From contig NC_045697.1 of the NCBI RefSeq assembly GCF_009834535.1, forward strand, positions 11,410,001 to 11,474,000: a DNA stretch of 64,000 nucleotides, given 5' to 3'. Shown here one piece after another: positions 26,561 through 38,937 of the stretch; position 1 is the stretch's first letter, and each line of letters opens with the position of its first letter. Source of the stretch: Camelus ferus. Its lineage: Eukaryota. Below the pieces are notes generated by a model. It was not told the origin of the DNA. It did no database searches and was given only the letters and a program-made list of their open reading frames with translations. Position numbers and translations under genes: made by a program.

Positions 26561-26984
26561 TCTGCCTCGTTCCATAAAAAATTTGCAGTGGTATACCTGC
26601 CCCGCTGCCCACATACAACCACACATTAAAATATTTTAAAAAGGAATTTAAAAAAAGAATACTAAAGATTTAATAAAATAGGCTTTTCAATTAAAAGTAT
26701 ATATACAATAATATATACTCATTTTTAAATTTGAGGTTTAGGGAATATTTTAGAAACCAATTTTTTTTTAAACTTCAGAATAAATGGACAGAGGTTGAAG
26801 AAAACACAAGATACGAGTTTTTCTATTTAATTTTCAATCACTGACTTCCTATCCCTGGACAGGAAGCTGAGATATCATCTGTCTGGTTCTACCTCCAGGA
26901 TGGTGACACTTAGGTCAAGATTCCAGAAAGGGGCAGGGAGGGGTTAGTTGGTGCCCCTCACCCTCACTCATATCAGATTCCCCA

Positions 26985-27165
26985 CATCTGAGTGGTGCTT
27001 TGTAAACCCCTGTGAGATGCAAGACATGGGAATTTTAATGCCCATTCTGACCATGAGGGAAATGGGCTTGGAAGGGAAAAAATGGTTTCTCTAAGGTCAC
27101 ACAGGGAGTTAGGAGGGTTACTGGCACAATCCCAGGTCCCTGACTCAGAGGTTACACAGTGCCAT
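26985..27165 (-). mobile_element. MIR SINE
   Basis: CCCTGTGAGATG..CCCATT..ATGAGGGAAATGGGCT..AAGGTCACACAG. Confidence 0.7.
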
Positions 27166-27624
27166 TAAACTTTTCAATCCCAACTTTGTACATTGTCTCT
27201 ACTTTTCAAAGTTTCCTTCCTTGTTCCCTACCCAGCTGTAGTTTCATTTGTGGTCCAGTTTCTTATGAATTACGTCTTTATTTTATCCAAAGATCAAGAT
27301 ATTAACCTCCCAGAATGATTTTCCCCAGGAACAAGCTGCTCCGGAGATAAGGAAAAGCATTGGTACCTACGTCTCCCTGGCTCTGTGCAGATGGAAGGTG
27401 GTGCATGCTCCTTGCCAAGGTTAGTTCTAGTGATTACTCCAAACATATGAGCGATACATTTCACTCATTAAGCACAATTCTCAAATTCTGGTATTTTAAG
27501 ATAATTGAAAATCTGAAGGCGATCCTAACACTTTCTTTTTCTGGGAAAGAAGTGTGAAAATGCCGTGTTCAAAACTGAGATGCTATGAATTCTGCTCTTC
27601 TTCTGTTTCTGCTACCACTGCCAG

Positions 27625-27835
27625 ATGACACCGAATGCCACGCACTGGGCTACGTGCTTCATGTGCATTACGCCACACAATCGCCTGTGAGATAAGCACC
27701 CGTAGCACCCCCATTTTACCAAGGAAGAAGTGAGGGTTGAAGGAGGTTAAGTCATTCAGAGTTGTGAAAGTAGTAAGTGGTGGAGGCCAGATTCAAATCC
27801 AGTGGTTTCTCATTCCAAAGCCTGTTCTCTAGCCC
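27625..27835 (-). mobile_element. MIR SINE, near full length
   Basis: TGCCA.GCACTGGGCTA.GTGCTT.ATGTGCATTA...CCCCATTTTAC..AGTAAGTGGTGGAGG.CAGATTCAAATCCAG. Confidence 0.85.
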
Positions 27836-28477
27836 ACGACTCTGTCCTGTTTTCTCTGCTCCATGGAAAGAAACTGCTTATGATTCTAGAGTAGTTGACA
27901 ACATATTGGTTTTCATAATGTAAGGTTTTGGTTACAGTGGAGGAAACAGATAAAACAGCGAACCTTACCATTTTAGCCTTCAATTTGGAAAAACAAACAA
28001 GCAACCACACACACATATATAAATACACACCCTTCTAAAGTGATGTATTGTATGCTAGGCACCAGCGTTGCCAAACATAATGACGATGTAATTTTTAAGA
28101 ATTCACAGTTTCACAGGGGACAAGAAAAGCAAAAGTCTATACCTTTATTTAGGAGTTAGGACAGATATACAGTTAGAAGGGAGTGAAAAACACTTTCTAA
28201 GGATGTCGGGAAAGACTCCCCTGAAGAACTATCTTCTTGAGCTGGCTTCAAAGCATGCTGACCTTCAGGAAAAGTGCACTTGACGTAGAAGTCTGGGCAA
28301 GGACAAACACCTGCAGCACTGGCAGTAAGTGCATGACATGGGGGGCCTGGGGCTGGTAGCAGGGGTGAGGCTCTGGAGAGGTTGGCTGGCATTGGATCAA
28401 GAAGAGTGCCTCTTAGCCAGTAATTTTATGTCAGTTTCCAATTCATCTCTGCCAGACCTTATGGTATTAAATGGTGG

Positions 28478-29045
28478 TTGTGTTACTGTGGGTTGTCGAG
28501 AGAAACAGAGCCAATAGGGCTTATATTATAATATTATAATAATATACATGTAATTATATATTCTAAATGTAATCACATATTATATACATAATTATAATGT
28601 GTACATAATTATATTATATATGTTTATATTATGTTTACATTGTTATATTCATAAAGAAATTTATTGTAAGGAATCAGCTTACACATTTATGGAGGCTGAG
28701 AAGCCCCAAGATCTGCAGTGGGCAAGCCGGAGGCCCAGGAGAACGATGGCATTGGTCCAGTCCAAGTCTAAAGGCCAGAAAAGCCAATAGTGTAAATTAC
28801 ACTCCAAATCTGAGTCCGAAGGCAGGAAAAGACTGACCATGTCTCAGCTCAAAGAAAGTCACTCAGAGTGTGAATTCCTGTTTCTCAGCACTTTTATTCT
28901 ATTCAGGCCTTCCTGGTGAGGATTAGAAGAGGCCCACCCACACTGGGCAGGACAACCTATTTCACTCAGCCACAAACACCCTCACAGACACACCCAGAAT
29001 AGTGTTTAACCAAATATCTGGGCACCCTGTGGCCCAGCCATCACA
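28478..29045 (-). mobile_element. MLT2 (ERVL) LTR with an internal AT-rich degenerate microsatellite (about 28521-28650)
   Basis: GAGAAACAGAGCCAATAGG...TTATGGAGGCTGAGAAG.CCCAAGATCTGCAG...CACCCTCACAGACACACCCAGAA..AACCAAATATCTGGGCACCCTGTGGCCCAG. Confidence 0.85.
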
Positions 29046-29179
29046 GTGTCCCAATTTTGTTCCCCGAAGGTATGGTCACCAATGCTAAGAAATGTGTCTT
29101 AATGTATTTGAAAAGCAGAGTCTTTATTAAACTACACCACACCATGTAAGCGTTTTAGCATTAGGATTTGATTCAGCAG

Positions 29180-29545
29180 AAAGCCAGTGGGTGTGGTAGA
29201 AAAAAACAGCTTTTGGAGCCATACAGCACTGGGCTCAAATCCTGGTTGCTTTCCACCCCTCTGGCCTTGGGGAAATGCCCTGCTGTTTTATTAGAGATTC
29301 CGTTTTCTCATCCATAAAATGGGGATGATCAGAAGTGATACTCAAAATGTTTAACAACTGGTTCATATAGGCACCCAGCAATTAAAACAGAAGTCAGCCA
29401 CTGGGGGAGGGTGGGGTGGGAGGTGTATCATGTGTACCACCTACACATCCACCCTAGAGGTGATGACACCCACTTCATGGGGGAGGGGTGAGGATTAACT
29501 GGTGGAGAAACTGGCCCACAGAGATACTCAGCAAAGGCTAAACAG
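29180..29545 (+). mobile_element. MIR SINE split by a short DNA-transposon-like insert (about 29330-29460)
   Basis: MIR 5' half ends at ..CATCCATAAAATGGGGATGAT and resumes at GTGATGACACCCAC..GTGAGGATTAA. The insert contains AAATGTTTAACAACTGG (hAT-like). Confidence 0.6.
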
Positions 29546-29839
29546 GTTAAGAGCTCATCTTCCAGCTCATGCTGTCTTCGTGTTTCTAATCAGGAAGATA
29601 AGGTTTCTCTCAGCCTTGCCTCTGCTGCAGGTGAAGATCAGCTCCTCTCTTCCTTACCTCTGAAGGCTCTGAAGGGCTGCTTTTGGTCTACACAGTCACA
29701 GTGACGTTGAGGGCAGGGGCCATTGTGGCCACAGAGATCTTAGTTTTACAAAGGCAGCAAAGAGAATTCTCCTTTGGGGCATTTTGTCAGGATCTAGGAT
29801 AATTAAAAGTGCAAACTCCCTTCCATGTGAGAGACTGGT

Positions 29840-30362
29840 GTGTGTTTCTTCCTCCTTCCAGTGTGCCTTCCTGACGTCAGGGGCTGGAAAGCTAGGCATT
29901 GCCCAGACTCCCTTGCAGGTAGGGTTTTTAATGTAAAGTAGATTCCATCAATCTGAAGCACTGTATGGGATTTAATAGGCAAAAACAAGGTAGACATTTT
30001 GTTCCTGCTTTATCTGGGGTCTTTAAATTTGTGGGTGTCAAAAGCCATTGAGCATCATTTACTGGTGCAGGGCAGTTCTGAAGTCATAGCAGCAATGGTT
30101 TCCTGATCCTTACTGATTCCTGGTCATGGTGCTTTGATCATGGTTCCATAGCGGTGTGGTTCTAGGATCTGAGAACTATGTGGCAACTTCTCAGTTAGGC
30201 AACAGCTCCTTTGGTGGAGCAGTACAACAATGCAATATTGAGAATTATTTCTGAAAGTTCTAGCTGGAGTCTTTATTTCCTGCAGTGGATTTGATGTCCT
30301 GCCACTAAATGTAGGTGGGTTATATTCTTGAGCTCTTTATCTGAGAATTTAACCATGGATAC
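29840..30362 (+). mobile_element. Ancient ERVL-class LTR (family uncertain)
   Basis: GGGGCTGGAAAGCTAGG..CCCAGACTCCCTTGCAG.TAGGG...CAATCTGAAGCACT motif. Confidence 0.5.
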
Positions 30363-30379
30363 ACTTATGAGCCATGTGT

Positions 30380-31140
30380 GTGCAAAAAAATTGCATGCAG
30401 AGCATTCGCCAAAGTGTTGCTTCATGTTAAGAGCTGAAAATAACCTAAATGCTCATTGACAGGGGTTGGTTAAATAAGTGATATTGCATCCACACAACTG
30501 AAACTTATGTTGACAATTCAATTTTTTAAAAGAAAATAGATCTAGCTATGTGGTTGCAGAAGGAAGTGCATAACATAAATGTTGGTAATGTTGACAGTAT
30601 TTTAATATTTCTGCATGGATAGGCATGCCTACTACTCATAGCCCATACACTTAGGAAACGATAACTCTCTGCCTACATATGAGCATGTAACTATGTAGTC
30701 CTGGGGAATGTTAGCAAGTCACATTGCAGCCAAAATGGGAAGCAGCCTTAGCAATTACACATGAACGGCAGAGCAGAGAAAGGGAAACCAGACCTCTGAT
30801 AACATAATTAAGCCACTGAGTCAAATCAGCTTTGAACCAAGCTCTTTCTCTGCACTTCCAGTTATCCAAGTCCACAAATCCTGTTTATTACTGAGGACAA
30901 TATGAGTCTGGTTTTTGGTTACTTGCAGTGGAACATGATCTATAAATTAAGTGAAAAAAAAGCAAGGAGCAAGAAAAGGATGTGTGATGTAGTACCCATA
31001 TTAAAAATTCATATATATTAATGCACTTGACTGTGCATAGAAAATTTTTGGAAAGAAACGCATGAATGTTCACTGTGATTGTTTCTGAGCAGTGAGTTTG
31101 GGAGTTCTGGAGTAAGAGGGAGACTTTTCATTATTATTTT
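30380..31140 (+). mobile_element. L1ME-like 3' fragment interrupted by an MLT1 LTR (about 30610-30938)
   Basis: L1: AACCTAAATGCTCA..CAGGGG.TTGGTTAAATAA. MLT1: GAGCATGTAAC...AAGCCACTGA...GTTACTTGCAG. Confidence 0.6.
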
Positions 31141-31371
31141 AGTTTGAATTCTGGAATTCTAGCTTCTGGAGAGGAACCAGTAGAGAACCAGACACCATTT
31201 GTTTTTCACATCAGCTTCCCCAGGGGGCCACAGCTTCAGAGCAGACCCAACCTCTTACAAGATTCTTCCTCACACCCAACACCATCAGTCGTCACTAGAA
31301 ACCTTGCCTGATTCCTTTCACCCTGCCCTTGTTCTTGCTTGTTCTTGTTGCTCCCTGTGACTTGAATGCCA

Positions 31372-32583
31372 TCACAGCCTGGGTTTCCTGGGACGCAGTC
31401 TCTGAAATGAGATTAGTGAGCAGGAAATTGATGGGGGAGAACTCTGGTAGAAGTGGGCAGAGGGGAAGGTTGGACTGTGGTGCTGAAAGGAAGAACTCTT
31501 ACTTCTCTCCGTAGTCTCCACACTCCTAGGGGAAGAGGTCTTCTGCTCTACCACTCACTGCTTCACTTCTGATCACCAAATGTGTGAGATTTAGGCACAC
31601 AATTCTCCAACACCAGCAGGGGTCCTACAATTTGATTCATTTCTGACACTGTCTATACAGAGCTAGCGCAGACCGCACAAGGTTGAGGACTCAGTCCTTT
31701 ATAGGACTTGTGACCGTCCCTCCCACTCCAGGTGCCAGCTGCAAGTACAGGTTGTCAACTGCGCTCCCAACCAACCAGCTGTGAGTCCTCCTCCAGTTCA
31801 ATAATTTGCTAAAACAGTTCACAGAACTTAGGAAAACAGTTTACTAATTAGATTACTGGTTTGTTATAAAAGGACACAGTTCAAGAGCAGCCAGATAGAG
31901 TTTGATGCGCACAGCTAGATAGGTGGGAAAGGACTCAGAGCTTCAAATGTTGTCTCTTGGACACACCACCCTCCCAGCATCTCCACATGTTCACCAACTC
32001 AGAAGCTCTCCAAACCCAATCATTTAGGATTTTTTATGGAGGTTTCATTACATAGGCATGATTGATTAAATCATTGGCCATTGGTGGTTCATGCAACGTC
32101 TGGTCCCTTTTCCCTCTCTAGAGGTCAAGGGGTGGGGTGAACTGTCTACTCAGAAGCTTGGTTCTCCTGGCCACCAGCACCCGTCCTGAGATTATGCAGG
32201 AGCTCTAGCCACCAGTCATCTCATCAGCATACAGAAGAACAGTTATCACTTCAGAGATTTCAAGGGTTTCAGGAGCTGTGTGTCAGGAAGCAGGGAAAGG
32301 AGGGCAGAGACCAAACAAGGTCTTGGCTAAGCCAGCCGAAATTCTGAGGCTGAGCTGGCCCTTCAGAGTCGTCCCAAACAGGGATATGGAGCTGGGCCTC
32401 TGTATCCCTGCACCAGTCAGTCATAGGGTATGGGTGCCCCAGGGAAGAGGGACCACCATGGGTGAGAGGCCTCTCTGCTGCTGAAGGCTAACAATCGGGA
32501 GCTGGGACCACCTTCCCACAGCTGAGGGCATGAATCCTTCAGGCCTGAAGGGGACCAGAGGGCACAGCACTGCATCCCCCACA
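31372..32583 (-). mobile_element. LTR33-like ERVL LTR (two halves, about 31372-31483 and 32314-32583)
   Basis: GGGTTTCCTGGGACGCAGTCTCTGAAATGAGATTAGTG.GCAGGAA...GGGCAGAGGGGAAGGTTG, resuming as GGCCCTTCAGAGTCGTCCC...CAGTCAT...CCACA. Confidence 0.65.
31484..32313 (-). mobile_element. MER21-like LTR nested in the LTR33-like element
   Basis: CACTTCTGA.CACCAAATGTG, TCCTACAATT..ATTC..TTCTGACACT, TTTATGGAGGTTTCATTACATAGGCATGATTGATTAAATCATTGGCCATTGGTG, CAAGGGTTT.AGGAGCT.TGTG.CAGGAA. Confidence 0.8.
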
Positions 32584-32744
32584 AATGTTCCCTATTCTCA
32601 TTTGCTCGCCAGATCCCCATGTTCGCCTCCACACCTGCTTATGTAAACTCTTCAGATAGGATCCTCAGTGTCCTGCTGAGTTCACTGTCCTGCCCCGAAC
32701 TTCTACCTGCAGCTTTTCTTGTTATTTCTCCATGAAGAACCACA

Positions 32745-32945
32745 AGAGTGAGTCCACCTCCATGCTAAGCACGTCACGGTCATCATCTCCTTTAATAATC
32801 CAAACAACCTCTGCGGTCAAGACTACTTTGCCCTCACTTAATGGAGAAGGAGTCTGGGTCCCAATTAGGTTAGAAAACTTACCCAAGGTTACAACTGCTA
32901 ATAACCGTGTGTTCACAGACACCGGTCAGCAACACTGCCTATCAC
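32745..32945 (-). mobile_element. MIR SINE
   Basis: ATGCTAAGCAC..CATCTCCTTTAATAATCC..ACAAC...ACTTACCCAAGGTTACA. Confidence 0.7.
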
Positions 32946-33778
32946 AGACGGGGCTCAAAGGGAACAGGGGTCACAGCAGGGAATTCTGAGGGGGCTGCGG
33001 AAGCAGACAGCGGCCGATCAAAATGGCAGCTTCTGGGAGTGCTGAGGGTCTGGGTTACCTCCATCCATGTCCGTCATCCCCTCGCCAAACCACCCTAAAT
33101 CTCAAGCTCCAGTGAAAAGATGCAACCCTTGGTCACATCTCCCTTTCACCACTTCTGAGTCTCTCAAATATGGAAATCCTTCATCACCACTGGCCAGACG
33201 CCCCTGCCCCTTCCCGCTATGGCTCTGAAAGTCCCTATACACAGAGTGGAAACTATGACAAATGTACTAAAACGTAGGCTATAGGTAGCCCATATAGTTA
33301 TTGAGGCCCAAACTCCTGTAGGTCTGCAGTATTTCACTATGTTTTCACAACCCTCCCCTCTCTGCTGGAGGAAGAATTTTTTAAAAATTATTATTATCAT
33401 TACCATTAAAATAAATCAGTTGAGCCTATTTGTAAAATTAGAATTTAGAGAACAGATTCATTTCACTCCCCACCATCCCCACCCCGACTCTGTCCCAGGC
33501 ATTGAGTTCAAAGGACTAAGGCAGTGGTGCCCACAATTTCTAGTCACTGCACTTATTTTTAAAAGAAAGAAAAGGAAAAAGAAGCCTAAATGATGCTATT
33601 ATGGTGGCTAATTAAACGTCTTCTTTGCACTTACAATGCATTCATTTTTGAGGATCATTACTTTCCATGTAGCTTCTTTCAAGAGCTTGGTTTAAGGTTT
33701 TAAGTTAGGGAAACCACAAGGCAAGGCTTAAAGCAACAGGCCATGTTTCCACCAGTGGCAAAGTGTGGGTGGATTGCC

Positions 33779-33814
33779 AGGAGAACTCCCGGAGGAGAAC
33801 TCCCGGAGGAGAAC
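33779..33814. repeat. Perfect 14-bp tandem duplication (AGGAGAACTCCCGG) x2.6
   Basis: Read directly. Confidence 0.95.
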
Positions 33815-35104
33815 ACAATCATGGAGCTGCCATTTCTTCTGAAGCACATGACCCAGAAAAGAGGGGGAGTGGCTACTCTCTTTATAGCAGAGCCCATGAG
33901 TTTAGGGATAAGGGTGTGTTTGCAAATAGCCTTGAGCTAATGTTCAAAATTCAGGGTGTTCTTTCCTACTTACTATTCACTTATTCCACAAAAAGACATG
34001 CGTTGCCCTAGGGGTGGCAGACACTCTGATGTATGTCGGGGAAGAGGGGAGAAAGTAGGCGAGGCTCAGAGATGGCCCTGGAGAGAAGGCAGCACTGAGC
34101 TGGGGCCCTGGAGATGGCTCAGACTGCTGCCAGGGGAACGTGCAACTCTCTTTCCAGCTTCATGTTGTCTTGTTTTGTTCTTAGTTTGAAGTTGGCCGCT
34201 GTGAGGTCCTTTCCACCCTAAAGAGAGCAAACACCACAATCAGGGCTTCTTCCTGAACCCTTTTGGAGAGCTGGGGCATCAGCACAGCAATGGCTGGACC
34301 TCATTTTCCAGGTGGAAACTGAGGCCGGGAGAGGAAGGCTGTTTATTCTCAGTCTTTCATAAGCCAGCACACCATTCGGCATGCTGTAAGTGCTCAATGA
34401 ATACTGAATAACTAGCTAAAATGGGGACACTCAGATTTCTATCCGCCTCCACCCTAAGTTGTTGATAAAACGTGCATGAAAGTGTACAAGGTAATGCAGT
34501 TCTTCTAAACGAAAATGCAGTTGCAGAAATATGTACCAAACCCTGGAAAACGTAACACTGGGTGTTACAGAGAAAATAAATTGCTAACATATTCTTCTCT
34601 AGCAAAGCTTTGAGTACCCTTTGTTTCTAATCAAATTAGATACTTGACATGATCCCTTCCAGATCTCCCAAGTGTGGCCCAGACCTGCAAGGCCATTTTG
34701 GACTAAGGCTCCCCATTTTCAACAGTAAAAGATGTCATTTAAGACACAGATTTCTCCGGTGCTAAACAAAACATTAATCCGAAGTGAAACTGTACAGACA
34801 AATATTTAGGTAAAGGCCAAGTCCAATTTCAACAGATGATACCTGCGAGTTGAAAAAAAAAAATCTGCTGACATTTGGAAATGTGTGTTGGCTAAAGTGA
34901 ATAAGGATGAAAATATATGTTTGCCATTAGAAAAAGGTACACGTTAAAGATGTGATTTGAATGATAAGGAGTACCCATCCGTATTAAGTAGCTCATTTTA
35001 CCCAGAAAAAAATAACAACAAAAAAGGTTTAGTGAGATAGAGACACAGCACAGTAACCACTTACCAATACTGTATTGCAAATGTCCGATTGGAATCAAAT
35101 CACC

Positions 35105-35130
35105 AAAAAAAAAAAAAAAAAAAAAAAAAA
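35105..35130. repeat. Poly(A)26 tract (poly-T on the minus strand) in unique sequence
   Basis: Read directly; no recognisable retroelement body is attached. Confidence 0.95.
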
Positions 35131-36037
35131 CAGTTCTGAACCCTCAATATATAACTTACAATCCTCCCTCTACCACCCCCCAATTTCCTCCCCTCCCCCA
35201 ACTCTGGTAATGATGTGAATGCTCAAAAGTCAAGACTGGGTTAAGAGGGGACCAAGAAGAATGTTTTAGATGAAATCAGATGTGACCCCTGGAATCAGAA
35301 ACATTTGCTGAGGGTGGTTTTAATTATGGGGGCCTCCCTCCACTTCCCGAGACCACTCTGCTGCAACGTGGTGCCTGCCCCTCTAAAAATGTGCACAGCC
35401 TGCCAGCCTACCAGCAGGAAGGGTTTATGGCCTCGCACTCCATTAAAAAAATAAATAAATCAGAAGCCCCTGAGGCAGTCGCATGTTTAGAAGCAGTGAA
35501 ATTGCAACCTGTTTGCCTCTTCTTACACATTGAAATTCCCAGCCCAGACACAGCCTTACAAGTGAAGACTAAACCTTATTGTGCAGGAGTTAAAATTCTT
35601 TTGCTCTGATGCAGTCTGGCTTACGGCATCTGGCCCAGAGCTGAAGCCCAAGGGCTCATCCTGTGTTTTCCGACCTCTCATAAAATTGTTGAGCCCTAAT
35701 GGAAGGAAAGAGTTCTGCGTCTTAAAAAAAAAAAAATGGAGGTACTTTGTTACAAACTCAAGTTCTTTAAACAGGGCAGTCGGTTGAACTCTGAGAGCAA
35801 GGCCACTTCAAGATGCAAAGGAAATGAAGTCCATAAATGTGGGAGTTTGAATCTAATATCACTGGGCAGGAGAAGGGGGTGTGGAATTTCTGTCTCTGGA
35901 AAGAAAGAAATGAGAGAACTCAGTATTGAAAGCAAAAAAAGAGTCACTAGCCACAGAATGGGAAAGAGAATCTAAAAATATTTAGCTTTGAGGGAGAAGT
36001 GTGCCAACCATCAAAATTGTCCTCTTCAGATAGTTGA

Positions 36038-36447
36038 AGTGTTGGGGTGAGTGTTAATTTTATGTGTCAACTTGGCTGGGGGATGGTACCCAGTTATTTG
36101 ATCAAATACCAGTCTAGATGCTGCTGTGAGGTATGTTGTAGATGTGATCACCGTTTAAATCGGGAGACTGAGTAAAGCAGATTACACATCATAATGTGGG
36201 TGGGCCTCGCCCAAACAGTTGAAGTCCTTAAGAGACAAGACTGAATTCCTCTGAGGAAAAAGGAATTCTGTCAGTAGACAGCCTTCAGACTCAAGGCTGC
36301 AACATCAACCATTCCCTGGGTGTTCAGCCCATGGCCTCCCCTGTAGATTTCAGAATTACTGTCCTCCATGAGCCAGTTTCTGAAGATAAACCCCTACAAA
36401 TATATACCTGATTGGCTCTGTTTCTCTGGAGAACCCTGACTAATAAG
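36038..36447 (+). mobile_element. MLT2 (ERVL) solo LTR
   Basis: GTTAATTTTATGTGTCAACTTGGCTGGG...CATAATGTGGGTGGGCCTC...ATTGGCTCTGTTTCTCTGGAGAACCCTGACTAATA. Confidence 0.88.
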
Positions 36448-36479
36448 GTTGGTGTACGAAGGAGAAACAAGAAAGAGAA

Positions 36480-36690
36480 CTAATGTTTTGTGGGTGTGCC
36501 AAGCACGCCTTATGATTTCCCACTCATCTCTAATCCTTACAACAGCCTTGCAAAGTAAGCAATTTCCCCATTTTTCTGATTAGAAAACTGAGGTTTTGAT
36601 CTTCCCCAGAATCACAAAGCAAGTAAGTAGCAGATCTTATATTCATGTAGATCTGCCTGTCTCCTATGCCGATGTCTTTCCCAGGACATC
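36480..36690 (-). mobile_element. MIR SINE
   Basis: TAATCCTTACAACAGCCTTGCAAAGTAAG..CCCCATTTT..GAAAACTGAGG. Confidence 0.8.
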
Positions 36691-38275
36691 ACTTGGCCAC
36701 CCTCAGAGGCTTGCTCTGTGTTGTTCCAGAAAGCAGAGCAAGACGCTGTGCCTCCACACAGAGAGAAGCTGATCTGTAAAGAGAAGTCAAAGTGAGAGAA
36801 AGTAAATCCTGATGGCACCAGGGCCTCAGCTTCCGTGCTCTCTGAGGCCAGTTGCTCTCTGGCCCTCTACACCAGCTGTACGTTTTGTTTTTTTACCACC
36901 TTTGTTGAGGTATAATTGACACACAACAAACTGAACATATTTAAAGTGTACAATTTGACAAGTTTTGACGTATTTGTACATCCATTAAACCAACACCACA
37001 ATCCAGATAATGAACATACCATCAGTATCAAAAGCTTCCTTGTGCACGTTTACAATGCTTCTCTCCAGTGTCCCTTTCACTCCCCTCTGCCAGTCATCCT
37101 GATCTGCTTTTAGTCTGTAGATTGTTTAGCATTTTCTGGAGTCTCACATACAAATGGAATCATACTATATGTACTCTTTTTGGGGGTAAGGAGGGTCTAG
37201 CTTCTTTCATACAACATAATTATTTGAAGATTTATCATGTTGTGTGTATCAATAATTCATTTTTGGCAACTCTGGAGGGACACAAATTTAATTAAATATT
37301 TTTCATTCCTGAGTATTATTCTATTGTATGGCTAGATCACTGCAGGTTTATCCATTCATCTGCTGGTAGAAGTCTGGGTGGTTTCCAGTTTGGAGCCATC
37401 ATGAATACAGCTGCTCAGAGCATTCTTGTCTAAGTCTTTATGTGGACATCTGCAGAGGTCCAGAGAAGATGACTTATTTTCTACTTTCCACAGACTCAGC
37501 CACACTCTTGCATGTATTTATTTGCTTCTTGTCTGCAGCTGCTTTTATGTTACATAGCAGAGTGTGTAGCATCTTGGCTTACAACTTGTCAGTTTTTGAA
37601 CAAGTGTTCTTATACAAATTTCTATGAGTTAGTGATTAGACATAAAATCGGTGTATGTTAGCCTTTCATAGAAATGGCTAAACTGTTTTCCAAATTGGTT
37701 GTACTATTTTACATCCCCACCAGCAGTGTATGAAAATTCCAGTTGCTCCATATCCTCGCCAAAACTTAAAATGCTTATTCTTTTTAATTTTAATATATGT
37801 GTAGTGATATTTCCTTGTGATTTTAATTTGCCTTTCTCTGATAACTGATGATATTGAACCCCTTTTAATTTGTTTATTTATTGTATGTATCTCTTTTTTG
37901 ATGAAGTGACTATTTCAAATATTAGTCTTGTCTGGGAGAAGGATTTGTTTTCTTATTATTCAGTTTTGAGAGTTCTTTATACATTCTAGGATACAAGCTT
38001 TTAATCAGATACATGATTTGCTAATATTTTCTCCCATTCTGTGGCTTTTCATTTTCTTAACAGAATCTTTTACAGAGCAAAGTTTTTAATATTATAAAAG
38101 CTCATTTTTAATTTTTATTTTATGTATTACATTTTAGATATTATGTGTAAGAAATCCTTGCCTTACCCAAGATCATAAGACTTTCTTCTATGAGTTTTAC
38201 TGTTTGGAATGTTACTCAAAACTATTGAGAACTACTGGGAAATGATCAAAATTAAAAACTGTGCATGTGTTTATG

Positions 38276-38276
<1 letters not shown>

Positions 38277-38308
<32 letters not shown>
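38277..38308. repeat. (GT)n dinucleotide microsatellite, about 15 units
   Basis: Read directly. Confidence 0.95.
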
Positions 38309-38310
<2 letters not shown>

Positions 38311-38704
38311 CTAATTATTTATTAAAAAAAAAATTCTCTCTCCACTGAGCTGTCTTGGACCTTTGTTGAAAATTAATTGATCACATGCATGTAGGTTGAT
38401 TTCTGGATTCCCTATGCTGTTTTATTAATCTATTTGTCTCTCTTGATGTCAGTACTACACTGCCTTTATTACTGTGGTGGACTTACAAGAAATCTTGAAG
38501 CCAGGTATTACAAGTCCTCCAATTTTGTTCTTCTTTTTCAAAATTATTTTTCTTACCTTATGTCTTTTGCCTTTCCATTTGAATTTTAAAATCAACTTCC
38601 AATAATGCAGAGTCCTCCATAAACACAGTATGTCTCTCCAATTTTTGTTTAGATGTTTTTCATTTCTCTCAGTTTTGTAATTCTCAGGATACAGATCTTG
38701 CAAC

Positions 38705-38937
38705 CACCAACTGATTGAGAAAAATTATTCCTCTTGCAGAATCACAAACCAAACATCCTGTCTTTTTTTTAAAAAAAATTGATATTTTACTCATCACAGA
38801 TTTTTTTGCATTAATTTTTGATATTTTTAAAGATTATGCTATAATACCATTTGTCTTGATTAGTAAGTTTTTGGTGCCCCCCTTAGTTCTAGGACTGAGG
38901 TGAGTGCTTCATGTAGTTTACCCTCATTCCAGCCCTG
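38705..38937. mobile_element. hAT-Tip100 (MER91/Zaphod-like) fragment inserted in the L1
   Basis: TTTTTGGTGCCCCCTTAG...GAGGTGAGTGC.TCA..TACCCT..TTCCAGCCCTG terminus. Confidence 0.55.

Noticed and set aside
29658..29687. 30-nt minus-strand exon candidate (TKSSPSEPSE), and a similar 15-nt one at about 46038-46052
   Set aside because: Weak acceptors, no recognisable peptide and no other support.
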